Of a DNA stretch of 64,000 nucleotides, positions 21,685 through 32,031 are shown piece by piece. The stretch is from Diplonema japonicum (taxonomy: Eukaryota; Protista; Euglenozoa: Diplonemea). The stretch lies in NCBI GenBank assembly GCA_964019335.1, contig OZ025649.1:496001-560000 (forward strand), read 5' to 3'. Under the pieces are notes generated by a model. It was not told where the DNA came from. It made no database searches and saw only the letters and a list, made by a program, of their open reading frames with translations. The position numbers and the translations under genes were made by a program. Positions within the stretch are counted from its first letter, which is position 1. Every line of letters begins with the position of its first letter.

Positions 21685-23439
21685 ATGGCCTACTCACCCA
21701 GCCTGAGCCCCCGCCTCTCCAGCCTGAGCCCCAGGGGGTACATGGTTGTTGACGACCCAGTGCACTCCGTCCTGAGCCACCACCACGCAGTGAACGAAAT
21801 CACTGCTAGGAACAGTGCCCTCGACGCAAGTGGTCGCGCTGCCACCTTGGCGAGCCACGCCTCCATCGCCTCGGTGGATGCTGCCAACTCGAGGGCCGCC
21901 GCAGCCTCGCAGTCCAACAGGGCAGCCATCCAGGCCAGCCTTGCCGCCTCTGCCGAAGCACGTGAGAGGGCCGCTTCCATGGAGCACACCGGTGCCGTGA
22001 CTGACGTCTCGCACGCGTCTGCTGATTTGTCTCTCAGGAGCAGCGAGTACCAGGGAGCAAGGGGCACCGCTGTCACGGCTGAAAGCAGGCTCAACTCTGC
22101 ACAGATCTCTGCCTCTGTTGCCTCCCGAGAAGCCGCGCAGAGGGCCGCCGCTGCAACTGCTGCTTCTGCCAGGGCCGCTTCGTGTGACGCTGAACGTGCT
22201 GAGAAGGCTGCCCACGCCAGCCTCCAGAGGGCCCGTGCTCTTGCAGCAAACACCGATGCCGCTCGTGCCTCCGAGAACGAGAGGGTGATGGCAACCCTTG
22301 CTACTGACGCCAACGAGTCTGCCTCCATGCAGCGCTCCAGGGCTGCTGCTACTGACGCGGCTGCGAGCGAGGCTGAGCAGAGGCAGAATGAGGCTGCTCA
22401 GCAGGCTGCTGCTGCTTCCCAGATGGCTCGTGAAGCACTTGAGGCGGAGCGTGCCGCGGCGGCATCCCTTGCTGCTGCTGGTAGAGATGCTGAGTTTGCC
22501 CGTGTAAGCGCCGCTCAGGCCCGCGCGGAGGCAGCTGTGAGGGAGCAGCAGGCCAGGACCCGTGCAATCCAGCTGGAGGCCGCCCAGACCCACACCTCTG
22601 CGGCTTCCAGACGCGCGACCTCTGAAGAAGCTGCCGCCGCAGCTGCTGCCGAGCGCCAGGCCATGACCGAGAGGGAAGCCAGGACTGCCGCTTTGGAGGC
22701 AAACTCTGCCTCGACATCTGCTGCCCTCGCAAGGGCCACCCTTACCGAGAAGGCTCGCGATGAGGCCGCTGCACGTGCCCAGGCGTTGGACGCCCACAGG
22801 TCGGTGGAGAGGACTGGCAGGAGCCTTGCCTACTCGGAGGTGAACTACACCAGGGCCACCAGCAGGGAGGCAGTGTCCAGGAACCAGAAGGACTCGGCAT
22901 CGCTGCACGCATCTGTCGAGAGGCAGAGGTACGCAACGGAGCAGTCCGCGTTGACGTCTGCGCAGTCGAGGGAGGCCCTTGCCAATGCTAATGAGAGCTC
23001 CGCTTACATGGTAGCGAGGGGAGCGGAGGTGGATGCGGTCAGGGCGCAGTCTGCTGCGGGGTCGGCGAGCGTGGCAAGGGCAATTCACGATAGCAGCCCG
23101 AGGAGGGTGGCGTACGTGGACACCCTGAGCCCCAGGGCGGCATACGAGTCCTTGAGCCCGAGGGCAGCGTTGGTTGACTACTCTTCGCCTGCTCGTCTGC
23201 GTGCGGCGGCAGAGCTGGCTGCGTACTCGTCGTCGCCTGCTCGTGCGCGTGCGCTTGCACTGGAAGAGGCCTACGCATCCCCAGCACGTGCTGCCGCCAT
23301 CGCCGACTACACTTCGCCCGCCCGTGCTCGCGCCCTGGCGGCGGCTGTTGCTGCGTCGACCCCCCCAAGGTCGCCCATCCTGGACGCAAAGCTGAGGGCT
23401 ATGTCTCCTATGAGCACTCCTAGGTCCAGGATCTACTGA
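21685..23439 (+). CDS. Ala/Ser/Arg-rich low-complexity coiled-coil protein with terminal SPR/SPAR repeats
   Basis: 584-aa ORF with strong codon bias; LSPR and (Y)xSPAR repeats flank an Ala-rich helical core. Confidence 0.8.
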   Translation: MAYSPSLSPRLSSLSPRGYMVVDDPVHSVLSHHHAVNEITARNSALDASGRAATLASHASIASVDAANSRAAAASQSNRAAIQASLAASAEARERAASMEHTGAVTDVSHASADLSLRSSEYQGARGTAVTAESRLNSAQISASVASREAAQRAAAATAASARAASCDAERAEKAAHASLQRARALAANTDAARASENERVMATLATDANESASMQRSRAAATDAAASEAEQRQNEAAQQAAAASQMAREALEAERAAAASLAAAGRDAEFARVSAAQARAEAAVREQQARTRAIQLEAAQTHTSAASRRATSEEAAAAAAAERQAMTEREARTAALEANSASTSAALARATLTEKARDEAAARAQALDAHRSVERTGRSLAYSEVNYTRATSREAVSRNQKDSASLHASVERQRYATEQSALTSAQSREALANANESSAYMVARGAEVDAVRAQSAAGSASVARAIHDSSPRRVAYVDTLSPRAAYESLSPRAALVDYSSPARLRAAAELAAYSSSPARARALALEEAYASPARAAAIADYTSPARARALAAAVAASTPPRSPILDAKLRAMSPMSTPRSRIY

Positions 23440-24668
23440 GGTATGTGTTCAGAATAGACAAAACACTACTCTAAAACACATCAACCAGACCCTGTACATC
23501 TAGCGGAAATCATGAGGGACAGTTACTTAGATGTACCTCTTACCTCGTTTCGCGCCGTAAGCTGTAAAACCATCCATGACTTCCAAACAAAATAATGCAA
23601 AAAAGAAAAAGGAAAAGCAAACGAGGAATAAATAAGAGAAAAAGGGATGGGAGAGATAAGACAAAAGTAGCAGACTAGGAGGCGGGGGGAGCGGGAGAAA
23701 AAAGAGAAATAATGTTCCGAGAGCAACGCTTCATTCACCTTTCTACCCCCCCCCTTCTTTTTCCTGTTTATCTGAATTTTTTCTTTTCTTACTTGAGCCA
23801 CCCTCCTCCCTTTTTTTCCTTTCCACATTTTTAAAAAAAAAGTCAATTTTTTTTATTTGTATCTTTTCCCCCTCCCATTTCCCCCCCTCCGCAATACCCC
23901 CCACTTTTCGCAAACCCCCTTTTTTCTTTTTGGCTTTTTTTACTTCATTTTTACATGTATCCGCTACAGTATAAAAAGGAAGAAAATAAAAATATGAATT
24001 CGAAATGAAAACAAGAAACAAAAAAAAAGTTGGTTTCTGTGGTCCTTCAGCAGCTTTTCAAGAAACAAAAAAGGAAAGTTTTTTTTTTTTTTTTTGCTTA
24101 TAAGAAGGTACCCTACAGATTTCATGAGTATATTTTATAAAAGATTGTTTGTATTTGCTATGGAAAAAAAAAAAAAAAAAAAATTAAAAAAAAAATGTTT
24201 TCCCTCCCCTTCCAAAATTCCCCGCCCCCATATCTTTTTAAAAAAACTTTTTTTTTTAATCCTCATTGCTTTGTTGTTGTTGTTATGTTACCCCACCCTC
24301 TTACCCCACCCAGACACCAGGGAGGGAAATTTTCATGAGGATTTTCCCCCTTTTTTTCCCCCTTCCCACTGGAGGGGCAAAAGGTAAGGGAATAAGTACA
24401 CTGTGTCTTGTTTCTTCCTCTTCCTGCCCCCCCCCCCCCCCCCCCTCCCCCAATTTTCTTTTTTTTTCTTCCTCTCCTGCCTCCTCCCATTGGTTTTCTT
24501 CTTTTCTTTTCCCCCCTTTTTCATGCATTAAAAAAACACCTCAACCACACAAAGGACACCCTATATACACGCAAATTTAAAGAATTTTTTTTTGCTTTTT
24601 TTTTAACTCTCACACCCACCCGTTTCTAACCAAAAAAAAAAAAAAAGAAAAAAAGAAAAAAAAAATCA

Positions 24669-26444
24669 ATGGGAGCAGGATGCTGTAAAGGTGACAAGTC
24701 AGATGAGAGTGTAACACGGTCCCAAAGGTACGGACAAGGGGCCTTCGAGGATTCCGTGGATTTTCAAGGCGTCGTCGTAGAGGAGAAGAGGGAGAGGTTC
24801 AGCCTGAAGAAAGGAGAGGTTTTACGAGGAAGGATAATGACGCACATCAACGGCCCCGCTGAGGGGTCTACAGAAATTGACAACAGTAGATTGTTGCATT
24901 CTGTGAGCAGGCAGGAGGTGGGGTCGCATGCAAGTGCAGCGGACACGTTGACATGGATCGCAAGTGAGGTTGATACACAGATGTCGTCAGCCCCGCCCAG
25001 CCCAACGTCGCAAAAGGCACCATGGGCAAGGCTGGTGTGCTTGGACCCCACGTTCCCAACAATTGAAATTGCATCAGAACGGTTCACCTTCGGTCGGTCC
25101 CCAGACTGCACGCACCACTGCCACAATTCCATGGTGTCGCACCACCAGTTCGCCCTCTCTCTTATCGACCGTCGCACAGCCTCTGTTGAGATCGAAGACC
25201 GTTTATCCACAAACGGCACATACATCTCCCCAGGCCTCACAGGCCCCTCCGCTCGTGTCGAAGGCTCCCAATCCCTCCACCACGGTGACACCATCTTCTT
25301 CCAACTCGGCCACAGCAACAAACGGACAAAATCAATGCACCCTGGGTACATCTTCCAATACACTGGTATATATATTTATATAACCCCTCCTTTCAAGAAT
25401 TCTTTTTTTTTTTTTACAGGCGGCTCTGCACACTTACGAGAATCCTCGAAAGAAGACGGTGAAGGCGTCAACGCTGTTCATACACATTACAAGGTAGGGT
25501 CGCATGTGTTGGGTACCGGTGGGTCGAGCACTGTTTATCTGGGGTTGAACAAGGACACGGGTGAGCTGCTTGCGGTGAAGAAACTGAAGAACATGACCTG
25601 CACGGATGTCGAGGAGGAGCTGTCGGGCAGGATGCAGGAGGTGGAGATCCTCAGCAGGCTGAACCACTCTAACATCGTGTCGTACATAGGTGCCGATCAC
25701 GACGCAAAGGGGAGACAGTTCAACGTTCTGTTGGAGTTCGTCCCGGGTGGGTCGATCTCATGCTTGCTGAGCAAGTTCGGTGCATTGGACGAATGTGTCA
25801 TAAGAAACTACATGGTGCAGATTATCGCAGGACTACGATACCTGCACGAAAACAACGTTGTCCACATGGATATCAAAGCAGCCAACATTCTCGTCACCGC
25901 ACAGGGAAAATGCAAACTAACAGATTTCGGTGCTGCTTGCAAGGTTGTTGCTGGTGATGAAAAACAGTTGTGTCAGAAGTTTCTTGGAACACCATTGTGG
26001 ATGGCTCCGGAGGTAGCAAGGGAACGCATGGCTACAAAGAGTAGTGATATATGGAGTTTGGGGTGTACAATGCTTGAGATGGCAACGGGGCGGCATCCTT
26101 GGTTTGAAAAGGGTTTTGAAAACCAGCTTTCTGTCGTGAACTTCCAGCAGAAGAATACAACGGAGCGCCCGTTGATCCCTCCGAACTGCAAGCTTACCCA
26201 TCTTGGCAGAGAGATGATATACGCAACGACCTGTCTTACTGCTGGACTTCGGCCTACTTCTGACTCTCTACTCCGGCATGGGTTCATTACTAGCACCCAT
26301 TTCAACCCTGAGACATCTACGCGTGCTTCACTCCCTTCAGATGGGCTGATCACGTCAAGCTCGCTGGGTACTTTTAATGACTTCGAATCGCTGTCTATTG
26401 CCGATGTGAGTCCGCCAGCTTCGATTATCGGTAATTCGCAGTAG
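24669..26444 (+). CDS. FHA-domain STE11/MEKK-like protein kinase with MGAGCC acylation motif; in-frame intron 25366..25419
   Basis: FHA motifs FTFGRS..VSHHQF..STNGT. Kinase motifs GTGGSS, LAVKK, LEFVPGGSI, HMDIKAAN, DFG and GTPLWMAPE. A 54-nt GTATAT..TTTACAG intron explains the IYIYI..FFFF insert. Confidence 0.88.
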   Translation: MGAGCCKGDKSDESVTRSQRYGQGAFEDSVDFQGVVVEEKRERFSLKKGEVLRGRIMTHINGPAEGSTEIDNSRLLHSVSRQEVGSHASAADTLTWIASEVDTQMSSAPPSPTSQKAPWARLVCLDPTFPTIEIASERFTFGRSPDCTHHCHNSMVSHHQFALSLIDRRTASVEIEDRLSTNGTYISPGLTGPSARVEGSQSLHHGDTIFFQLGHSNKRTKSMHPGYIFQYTGIYIYITPPFKNSFFFFTGGSAHLRESSKEDGEGVNAVHTHYKVGSHVLGTGGSSTVYLGLNKDTGELLAVKKLKNMTCTDVEEELSGRMQEVEILSRLNHSNIVSYIGADHDAKGRQFNVLLEFVPGGSISCLLSKFGALDECVIRNYMVQIIAGLRYLHENNVVHMDIKAANILVTAQGKCKLTDFGAACKVVAGDEKQLCQKFLGTPLWMAPEVARERMATKSSDIWSLGCTMLEMATGRHPWFEKGFENQLSVVNFQQKNTTERPLIPPNCKLTHLGREMIYATTCLTAGLRPTSDSLLRHGFITSTHFNPETSTRASLPSDGLITSSSLGTFNDFESLSIADVSPPASIIGNSQ

Positions 26445-26586
26445 TTGCCCTCTTTTTTTTTGTTTTTTTTTTGTTTTTTAGGAGTTGTAGTAAAAAAAAT
26501 AAAAAATAAAAATCACTTTTATTTGTATCTTAAAAAAAAAAAAAAAACCTGTTTTTCGAAAAGTTTTTTTTTCAAAACTGTCAGAG

Positions 26587-26877
26587 ATGGCCGAAAAGAA
26601 AGCACGACCTCCTCCTATCCCCGAGAAACCTTTCTTGACATCCTCCCTCCGATCCATTGGTGCAAACAAACGGATCCGAGGGTATACCTGCAGACCCACA
26701 TTCGCATCGTACGACAAGGTGCGCTTCATCCTCGAACAGCGACTCGCAACCGGTTCACCGGGGAGAGACGACTGGAGCGACAAGCTCGTGCCGACCTACC
26801 TCGAACCTACCCGAAGTATCCCCACCCCATCTGCCGATAAAAATGCAGCGTCGCAGAAGGGTAACAACACAAGATAG
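26587..26877 (+). CDS. Hypothetical protein (96 aa)
   Basis: Coding-like island with ATG directly after an AG, between homopolymer spacers. Confidence 0.55.
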   Translation: MAEKKARPPPIPEKPFLTSSLRSIGANKRIRGYTCRPTFASYDKVRFILEQRLATGSPGRDDWSDKLVPTYLEPTRSIPTPSADKNAASQKGNNTR

Positions 26878-28168
26878 ACCCCCCACCACGCTGCACACTT
26901 AACGCCAAATAGTGTTGCAACCAAAGCCCCATTTTTTTTTTTTTTTTTGAAATGGGATTTTTTTTTTTTTTTTCCATCGATACATGTGATTATGAAAACA
27001 AGCAACAACAACAAAAAAAGCCGTTCTCTAAAATTCTTCCCTTTTGCCCCCCCCCCCCCCCGTTTGAGAGACAAGGTAAAGAAAAAAGAAATGGGGGATC
27101 TTGTAAAAATCGAAGAACCGAGCTCACCTATTGTTGTTCTCTGTGTTTTTTTTTTTTTTTTTTTAAGCTGCACACAGCAATCTGCATATTCAGGGCTTTA
27201 AATTTGGCTTTTTTTCTTCCTCCCGCCCTCCTCGTCTTCTGCATACTTTTGCTTTTCTTTGGCGGGCCGTTGCTAACCACTTCGTTCCTATCATAGTGAA
27301 TGTCTTTTTTTTTTTTTTTAGAGGAAAAAGAAAGGAAGGGAAAGAAAGAACCTTCTGACCTTCGATACAAGAAGGGGGGATGGGACCTTTACAAACACGC
27401 AATAAAGAAAAACAATAAGGAACTAATGGTAGTTCCATTTGTTTTTTTAGTTTTTTTTTTAGTTCGACGGAACTTCACACACAAAGAAAAAAAGAAAAAG
27501 AAAAAGAAAAATAATAATAATGGAACTCTTCTCGAGGGAGAAGAAGGGGGGAAAAAAAAAAAAGAAAAGAAGCCGGGTTCTTGAATCAGATCCTGGCCAG
27601 CTTTTTTTTTTTTTTTTTGCAACAACCTTCAAAGGCCTCTCACAAAGACCTCATTTAACTCCTCATTCTTTTCGAAGAAAAAAAAAAAAAAGAAGAAAAA
27701 GAAGAAAAAAATTCACTCAATGATAAAAGCTTCGAGGGAGGCGAAAACCATATTTTACCTTCATTTTTTTTTCTCCCTCAGCTTTCGGGTTTTTAAGACT
27801 TTTCTTCTTCCGGGTATTCTAAGGGAGGGGAGAAGGGGGGAGGGGGGAGGTTTGTCCCCCCTTTTTTTTTGTTTGCTTTCTCTTCGTTTATATGTATTTT
27901 TAATTTTTTTTTCTCCATTCTTTCAGGTACGGTTAAATTTCCCTTTTCTTTTTTTTTTTCTTCTTCTTTTTCTTCATCTGTTTTAGAAATTGTCCCTGTT
28001 CACTCTTTCTTCTCTCTTCCTCCACCCCATGAGCAGAGCGTTATAGTTTCCCCCTCTTTTTTTTTTTTTTTTTTCTTTCTAAAAATTTCGTATTTCCACT
28101 TTTCCCGAGGGTAATATGAAAAAAAAAAAAAAGAAGGGTCCACAAATTATGGCCATCAACCTTCCACT

Positions 28169-28199
<31 letters not shown>

Positions 28200-28810
28200 G
28201 AATAAGAAAAAAAGATGAGATGATGAAAGCATTTTTTTTAAAATTTTTATTATTTTTTATTTGAGTCCTGAATTTGTCGACATACGTTGTTCTTACTGAG
28301 GTGGGGGGAAAAAGAAAAAAAAAAAAAAGAAAGAAAAAAAGAACGGCGAGATTGCTTCTTCTTCGTTCTCCACCTATTCCAAGAGGATGTTTTTCCTTTG
28401 AGCAGGAACCACCTGCTTTCTCCCCCTCCTCCTCCTTCTAGAGATAATGATGATAACGAAACGATGCGAAAGGAGGAGAGGGGAAAAAAAAGAATTTTAG
28501 AAGAGGAGGGGGGAAGGGGGTTCTTTTTCCTTCTTCCTTTTATTTCAACATTTCCATTTCTTCCCATTTCACTGATTTAAAAGGAAGAAGGAAGTGAACC
28601 AGAAGAGAGAAGGTAGATGACACACATACACATATTAGTCCCATTTTCACCCATTCCTCGTTTTATGTAAGTTAGTCCTTTTTTTTTATATTATTACCAT
28701 TCCCCACTGCTTGCTAGTCTGTCTACCCACCCGCTTTGTTTTTTAAATCATTTTTTTTTTCTCTCTCTCTCTCTTTCCCACACACCTTATTATTTTTTTT
28801 ATCTGTTGGG

Positions 28811-28845
<35 letters not shown>

Positions 28846-28887
28846 AGCGACGTAAAAAAAAAAAAAAAGAAAAAAAAAACCACAAAT

Positions 28888-29104
28888 ATGCCTCGTTGGA
28901 GCTCATCAGTTGGATACTTCGGTGCGATCTCCGTGTCTTTCCTGTTCGTCACAGCACCTCACACACTCAGCACTTACTTCTATGGAACGCTGAACAAGCA
29001 TAACATGGTTTGTTCCATTGGGAGGGGTTAAAAAAAAAAAAAGGAAAAAAAAAAAAAAACAGGTCTGGGAGAAGGAAAACGAGCGCAGGGCGAAGCTTGA
29101 GTAG
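28888..29104 (+). CDS. 53-aa single-TM microprotein, candidate cytochrome bc1 subunit 9 (QCR9/UQCR10-like); join(28888..29007,29063..29104)
   Basis: Spliced product MPRWSSSVGYFGAISVSFLFVTAPHTLSTYFYGTLNKHNMVWEKENERRAKLE*, with a 55-nt GTTTGT..AAACAG intron. A TM helix is followed by T..Y...NK...W, as in Qcr9. Confidence 0.6.
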
Positions 29105-29745
29105 AAAAAAAAAACTTTTTTTAGTGTACTTTTTTTTTTTTTCTTTTTTTTGGGTTTTTTTTTTTTGAAGGGCCCATCCCCCCTTACCCACCCGATGTCC
29201 CGGCGAAGAGGAAGAAATAGGAAATGTAGTTACTGTAGTTTCTTCCCCCCCCCCCCCCCCCCCACGCTTTTTTTTGTAATAAGATGAGACACGTCTGTTT
29301 TTTTACGATCACTACCGCGAAGGGAAAAATGGGAAAGGATTTTTTTTTTTTTTTCCTTTTTTAAAAAAAAGGAAACTAGTGTGATAAGGGGCAGTATTTT
29401 TTGTTTCCCCTCCCCAACTACCTTTCCCCCCTTAATTTTTTTTTCTTTGAAGAGAAAAAAAAACTTTTTTTAAAAAAAAAAAGACGGGGAAGAAAAAAAA
29501 AAGAGAAGATACGGGGGGGGGGGGACCTTTTCTTGTTTTTCTCTTTTTTTTCAAACCCCCACCCCTCCCCTCGTTTTTTTTTTCTTTTTTCCAGGTTCCC
29601 CCTCCCCTTTTCCTTCTTGTTTTTAAAGCGGTTGATAAAAAAGGCATAACACTTTAAAAGGAACAACAAAGAAAAGAAAAAAAAAAAGAAGAAAAAAACG
29701 GCAAACCGCGCTCTTCGCACCCTCTTGCGTCGCAGATTGTACCAC

Positions 29746-30477
29746 ATGGAAGCACCACCAAAAACCATTGAAGAAGCGATAGGGAAGGTTTACAGCAACA
29801 TAGATGCTGCCTGCGAGAAGTACGGCAGGAACCCAAAAGAGGTCGTCCTCTGCATAGCAACTAAGACGAGAACCATGGAAGAAGTCAGAGAAGCCTGGAA
29901 ATGGTGTCGGGAGGAGTCCCCTATCATGGGGGAGAACCAGGTGCAGTCTGCGTGTGGCAGGGTGGAGGACGGGGTGAACGACGAGAAGGTGGACAAACAC
30001 TTCATCGGGCATCTACAGAGCAACAAGGTGAACCATATCTTAACCTATGCTGACTGTATTCAAACTGTAGACAGTATGAAGCTAGCGGACAAGCTACACA
30101 GCAGGCTGGAGCAACTTGACCGTACCCTTCGAGTGTACATACAGGTAAACACATCAGGCGAAGAACAGAAGTCTGGGTGCCAGCCTGACGAGGCTGTAAA
30201 GCTCGCTGTAGCCATCACTACGTCCTACTCCAAGAGGATCACTGTGGAGGGCCTTATGACCATCGGGGTGAACTCCCCTGATGATGAGCGTGTCGCTGCG
30301 TGCTTCCGGACCCTCCGGGAGCTCAAGGACGAAATCAACAACCTCGAGCACCCTTCCCTCACCATAGCACACCTCTCAATGGGTATGAGTGGCGACATGG
30401 ACCTTGCCATCCGCGAAGGCTCCACCATGGTCCGCGTTGGCACTGCTATCTTTGGCGCCCGCGACTATTCCAAATAA
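29746..30477 (+). CDS. PLPBP: Pyridoxal phosphate homeostasis protein (YggS/PROSC family)
   Basis: IATKT (PLP Lys), GENQVQ, HFIGHLQSNKV, IQVNTSGEEQKSG and LSMGMSGDMDLAIREGSTMVRVGTAIFGAR. Confidence 0.93.
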   Translation: MEAPPKTIEEAIGKVYSNIDAACEKYGRNPKEVVLCIATKTRTMEEVREAWKWCREESPIMGENQVQSACGRVEDGVNDEKVDKHFIGHLQSNKVNHILTYADCIQTVDSMKLADKLHSRLEQLDRTLRVYIQVNTSGEEQKSGCQPDEAVKLAVAITTSYSKRITVEGLMTIGVNSPDDERVAACFRTLRELKDEINNLEHPSLTIAHLSMGMSGDMDLAIREGSTMVRVGTAIFGARDYSK

Positions 30478-30598
30478 TATGTAACACTAACTTCCCTTTT
30501 TTTTTTCCCACCACTTTCCCCCCCCGACTTCGTGCAGTTTATTATCGGTTCATCTCAGATTATTTAAACGCTACGAAAAAGAAAAAGAAAAAAAAAAG

Positions 30599-31828
30599 AT
30601 GATGCTTACCACGCTTCTTGGTGCTGCAGTGCTTTCGTACAACAATGGGGCACCTGACTCGAGGCTGCCGCCGCTTGGGTGGAGCAGCTGGGTGGCGCTG
30701 GGCCCCGGGACGGCGCACCCTGTGTTCGACTACTGCGACGAGCAGCAGGTGAAGAACACAGTGGACGCGTTCATCGCGCTGGGGCTGAAGGACGCGGGCT
30801 ACAGGCACATCCACCTGGACGACTGCTGGGCACACGCGAGGAACGCAAGCGGTTACCTGTACCCCGACCCCGACCACTTCCCGAATGGGATGAAGCCCCT
30901 CGCAGACTACGTGCACAGCAAGGGGTTGGTGTTCGGGCTGTACACATGTGCGGGGACGGAGACTTGCGTCGGGGGCAGACCTGGGTCGAAGGACCACTGG
31001 GAGCAAGACGCGGCGGTGTTCGCGGAGTGGGGAGTGGACTGGGTGAAGATGGACTGGTGCAACACGCAGGGGATGACGCCGAAGGACACGTACCCCAAGA
31101 TGTCCGCAGCGATGAACAAAACGGGGCGCGCCATGCACTTCAACATGTGCGAGTGGGGGAAGGACGCACCGTGGACGTGGGGCCCTGCAGTGGCGCAGTC
31201 GTGGCGCATGGCGGGAGACCACACGGGAGTCTGGTCGTCGACGAAGCTCGTGATCCAGGAGTCGGCAGCGATCCCTGCTGCGAGCACAGGGAGGCCGTAC
31301 GCGTGGAACGACATGGACATGCTGGAGACGGGGAACTACGGGCAGGCGGCGCACGCGAACGGGAGGGAGTCGAACATGACAGCGGTGGAGTACAAGACGG
31401 AGTTCTCGATGTGGGCGATCAACGCGTCGCCTCTCGTTGTGACGACCCCGCTCATGAACTGCTCGATGGGGACGTGCGTCCCGACGATGACAGCCCTGCA
31501 GAAGGAGATCCTGCTGAACACGGAGATCCTTGCGATCAACCAGGACGTGACCCCCCAGGGGCGCCCTCTCAACGGCTTCCCCTCCGACTACCCCTCCCTC
31601 TGGGCACGCGCCCTTTCTGACGGCTCCTTTGCTGTAGCCTTCTACAACCAGAACGACGTCCCCGTCACAGGCTCTCTGAACCTCACCTCCCTCGGTTGGC
31701 CTGCCACCACCTCTGTCCTCCCCCGCGACCTCTGGGCTCACAAGAACCTCCCCGTCGCCACTGGCACTGTCGGCCCCTTTACCGTCCAGCCCCACGCTAC
31801 CACCGTCCTCAGACTGACTAAGCAGTGA
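30599..31828 (+). CDS. Alpha-galactosidase, GH27
   Basis: PPLGWSSW, IHLDDCW, FPNGMKPLADYVHSKGL, VKMDWC (nucleophile), WRMAGDH (acid/base), WNDMDML; signal peptide. Confidence 0.93.
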   Translation: MMLTTLLGAAVLSYNNGAPDSRLPPLGWSSWVALGPGTAHPVFDYCDEQQVKNTVDAFIALGLKDAGYRHIHLDDCWAHARNASGYLYPDPDHFPNGMKPLADYVHSKGLVFGLYTCAGTETCVGGRPGSKDHWEQDAAVFAEWGVDWVKMDWCNTQGMTPKDTYPKMSAAMNKTGRAMHFNMCEWGKDAPWTWGPAVAQSWRMAGDHTGVWSSTKLVIQESAAIPAASTGRPYAWNDMDMLETGNYGQAAHANGRESNMTAVEYKTEFSMWAINASPLVVTTPLMNCSMGTCVPTMTALQKEILLNTEILAINQDVTPQGRPLNGFPSDYPSLWARALSDGSFAVAFYNQNDVPVTGSLNLTSLGWPATTSVLPRDLWAHKNLPVATGTVGPFTVQPHATTVLRLTKQ

Positions 31829-32031
31829 AAAGGCGAAACAAGATAAACGCCTAACGTTGTTGAGACTCATAGTGCCCCTAATCCCTGACTGCTTGACCCT
31901 TGAAGCAAGCAGTACTTTGGGTGTCGGGGTGAGCTTGTCTCGCACATTTTCCCTCCTCTTCTTCCTCTCACCTTCTTGAGAACTACATGTATTTATAACA
32001 ATGTACTTAACACCAACAGGGAAAACTACAA

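Noticed and set aside
21694-23088. 464-aa and 212-aa minus-strand ORFs
   Set aside because: Shadows of the Ala-rich + strand gene.
17533-28580. Many poly-Phe/poly-Lys/poly-Pro ORFs in spacers
   Set aside because: They are translations of homopolymer runs.
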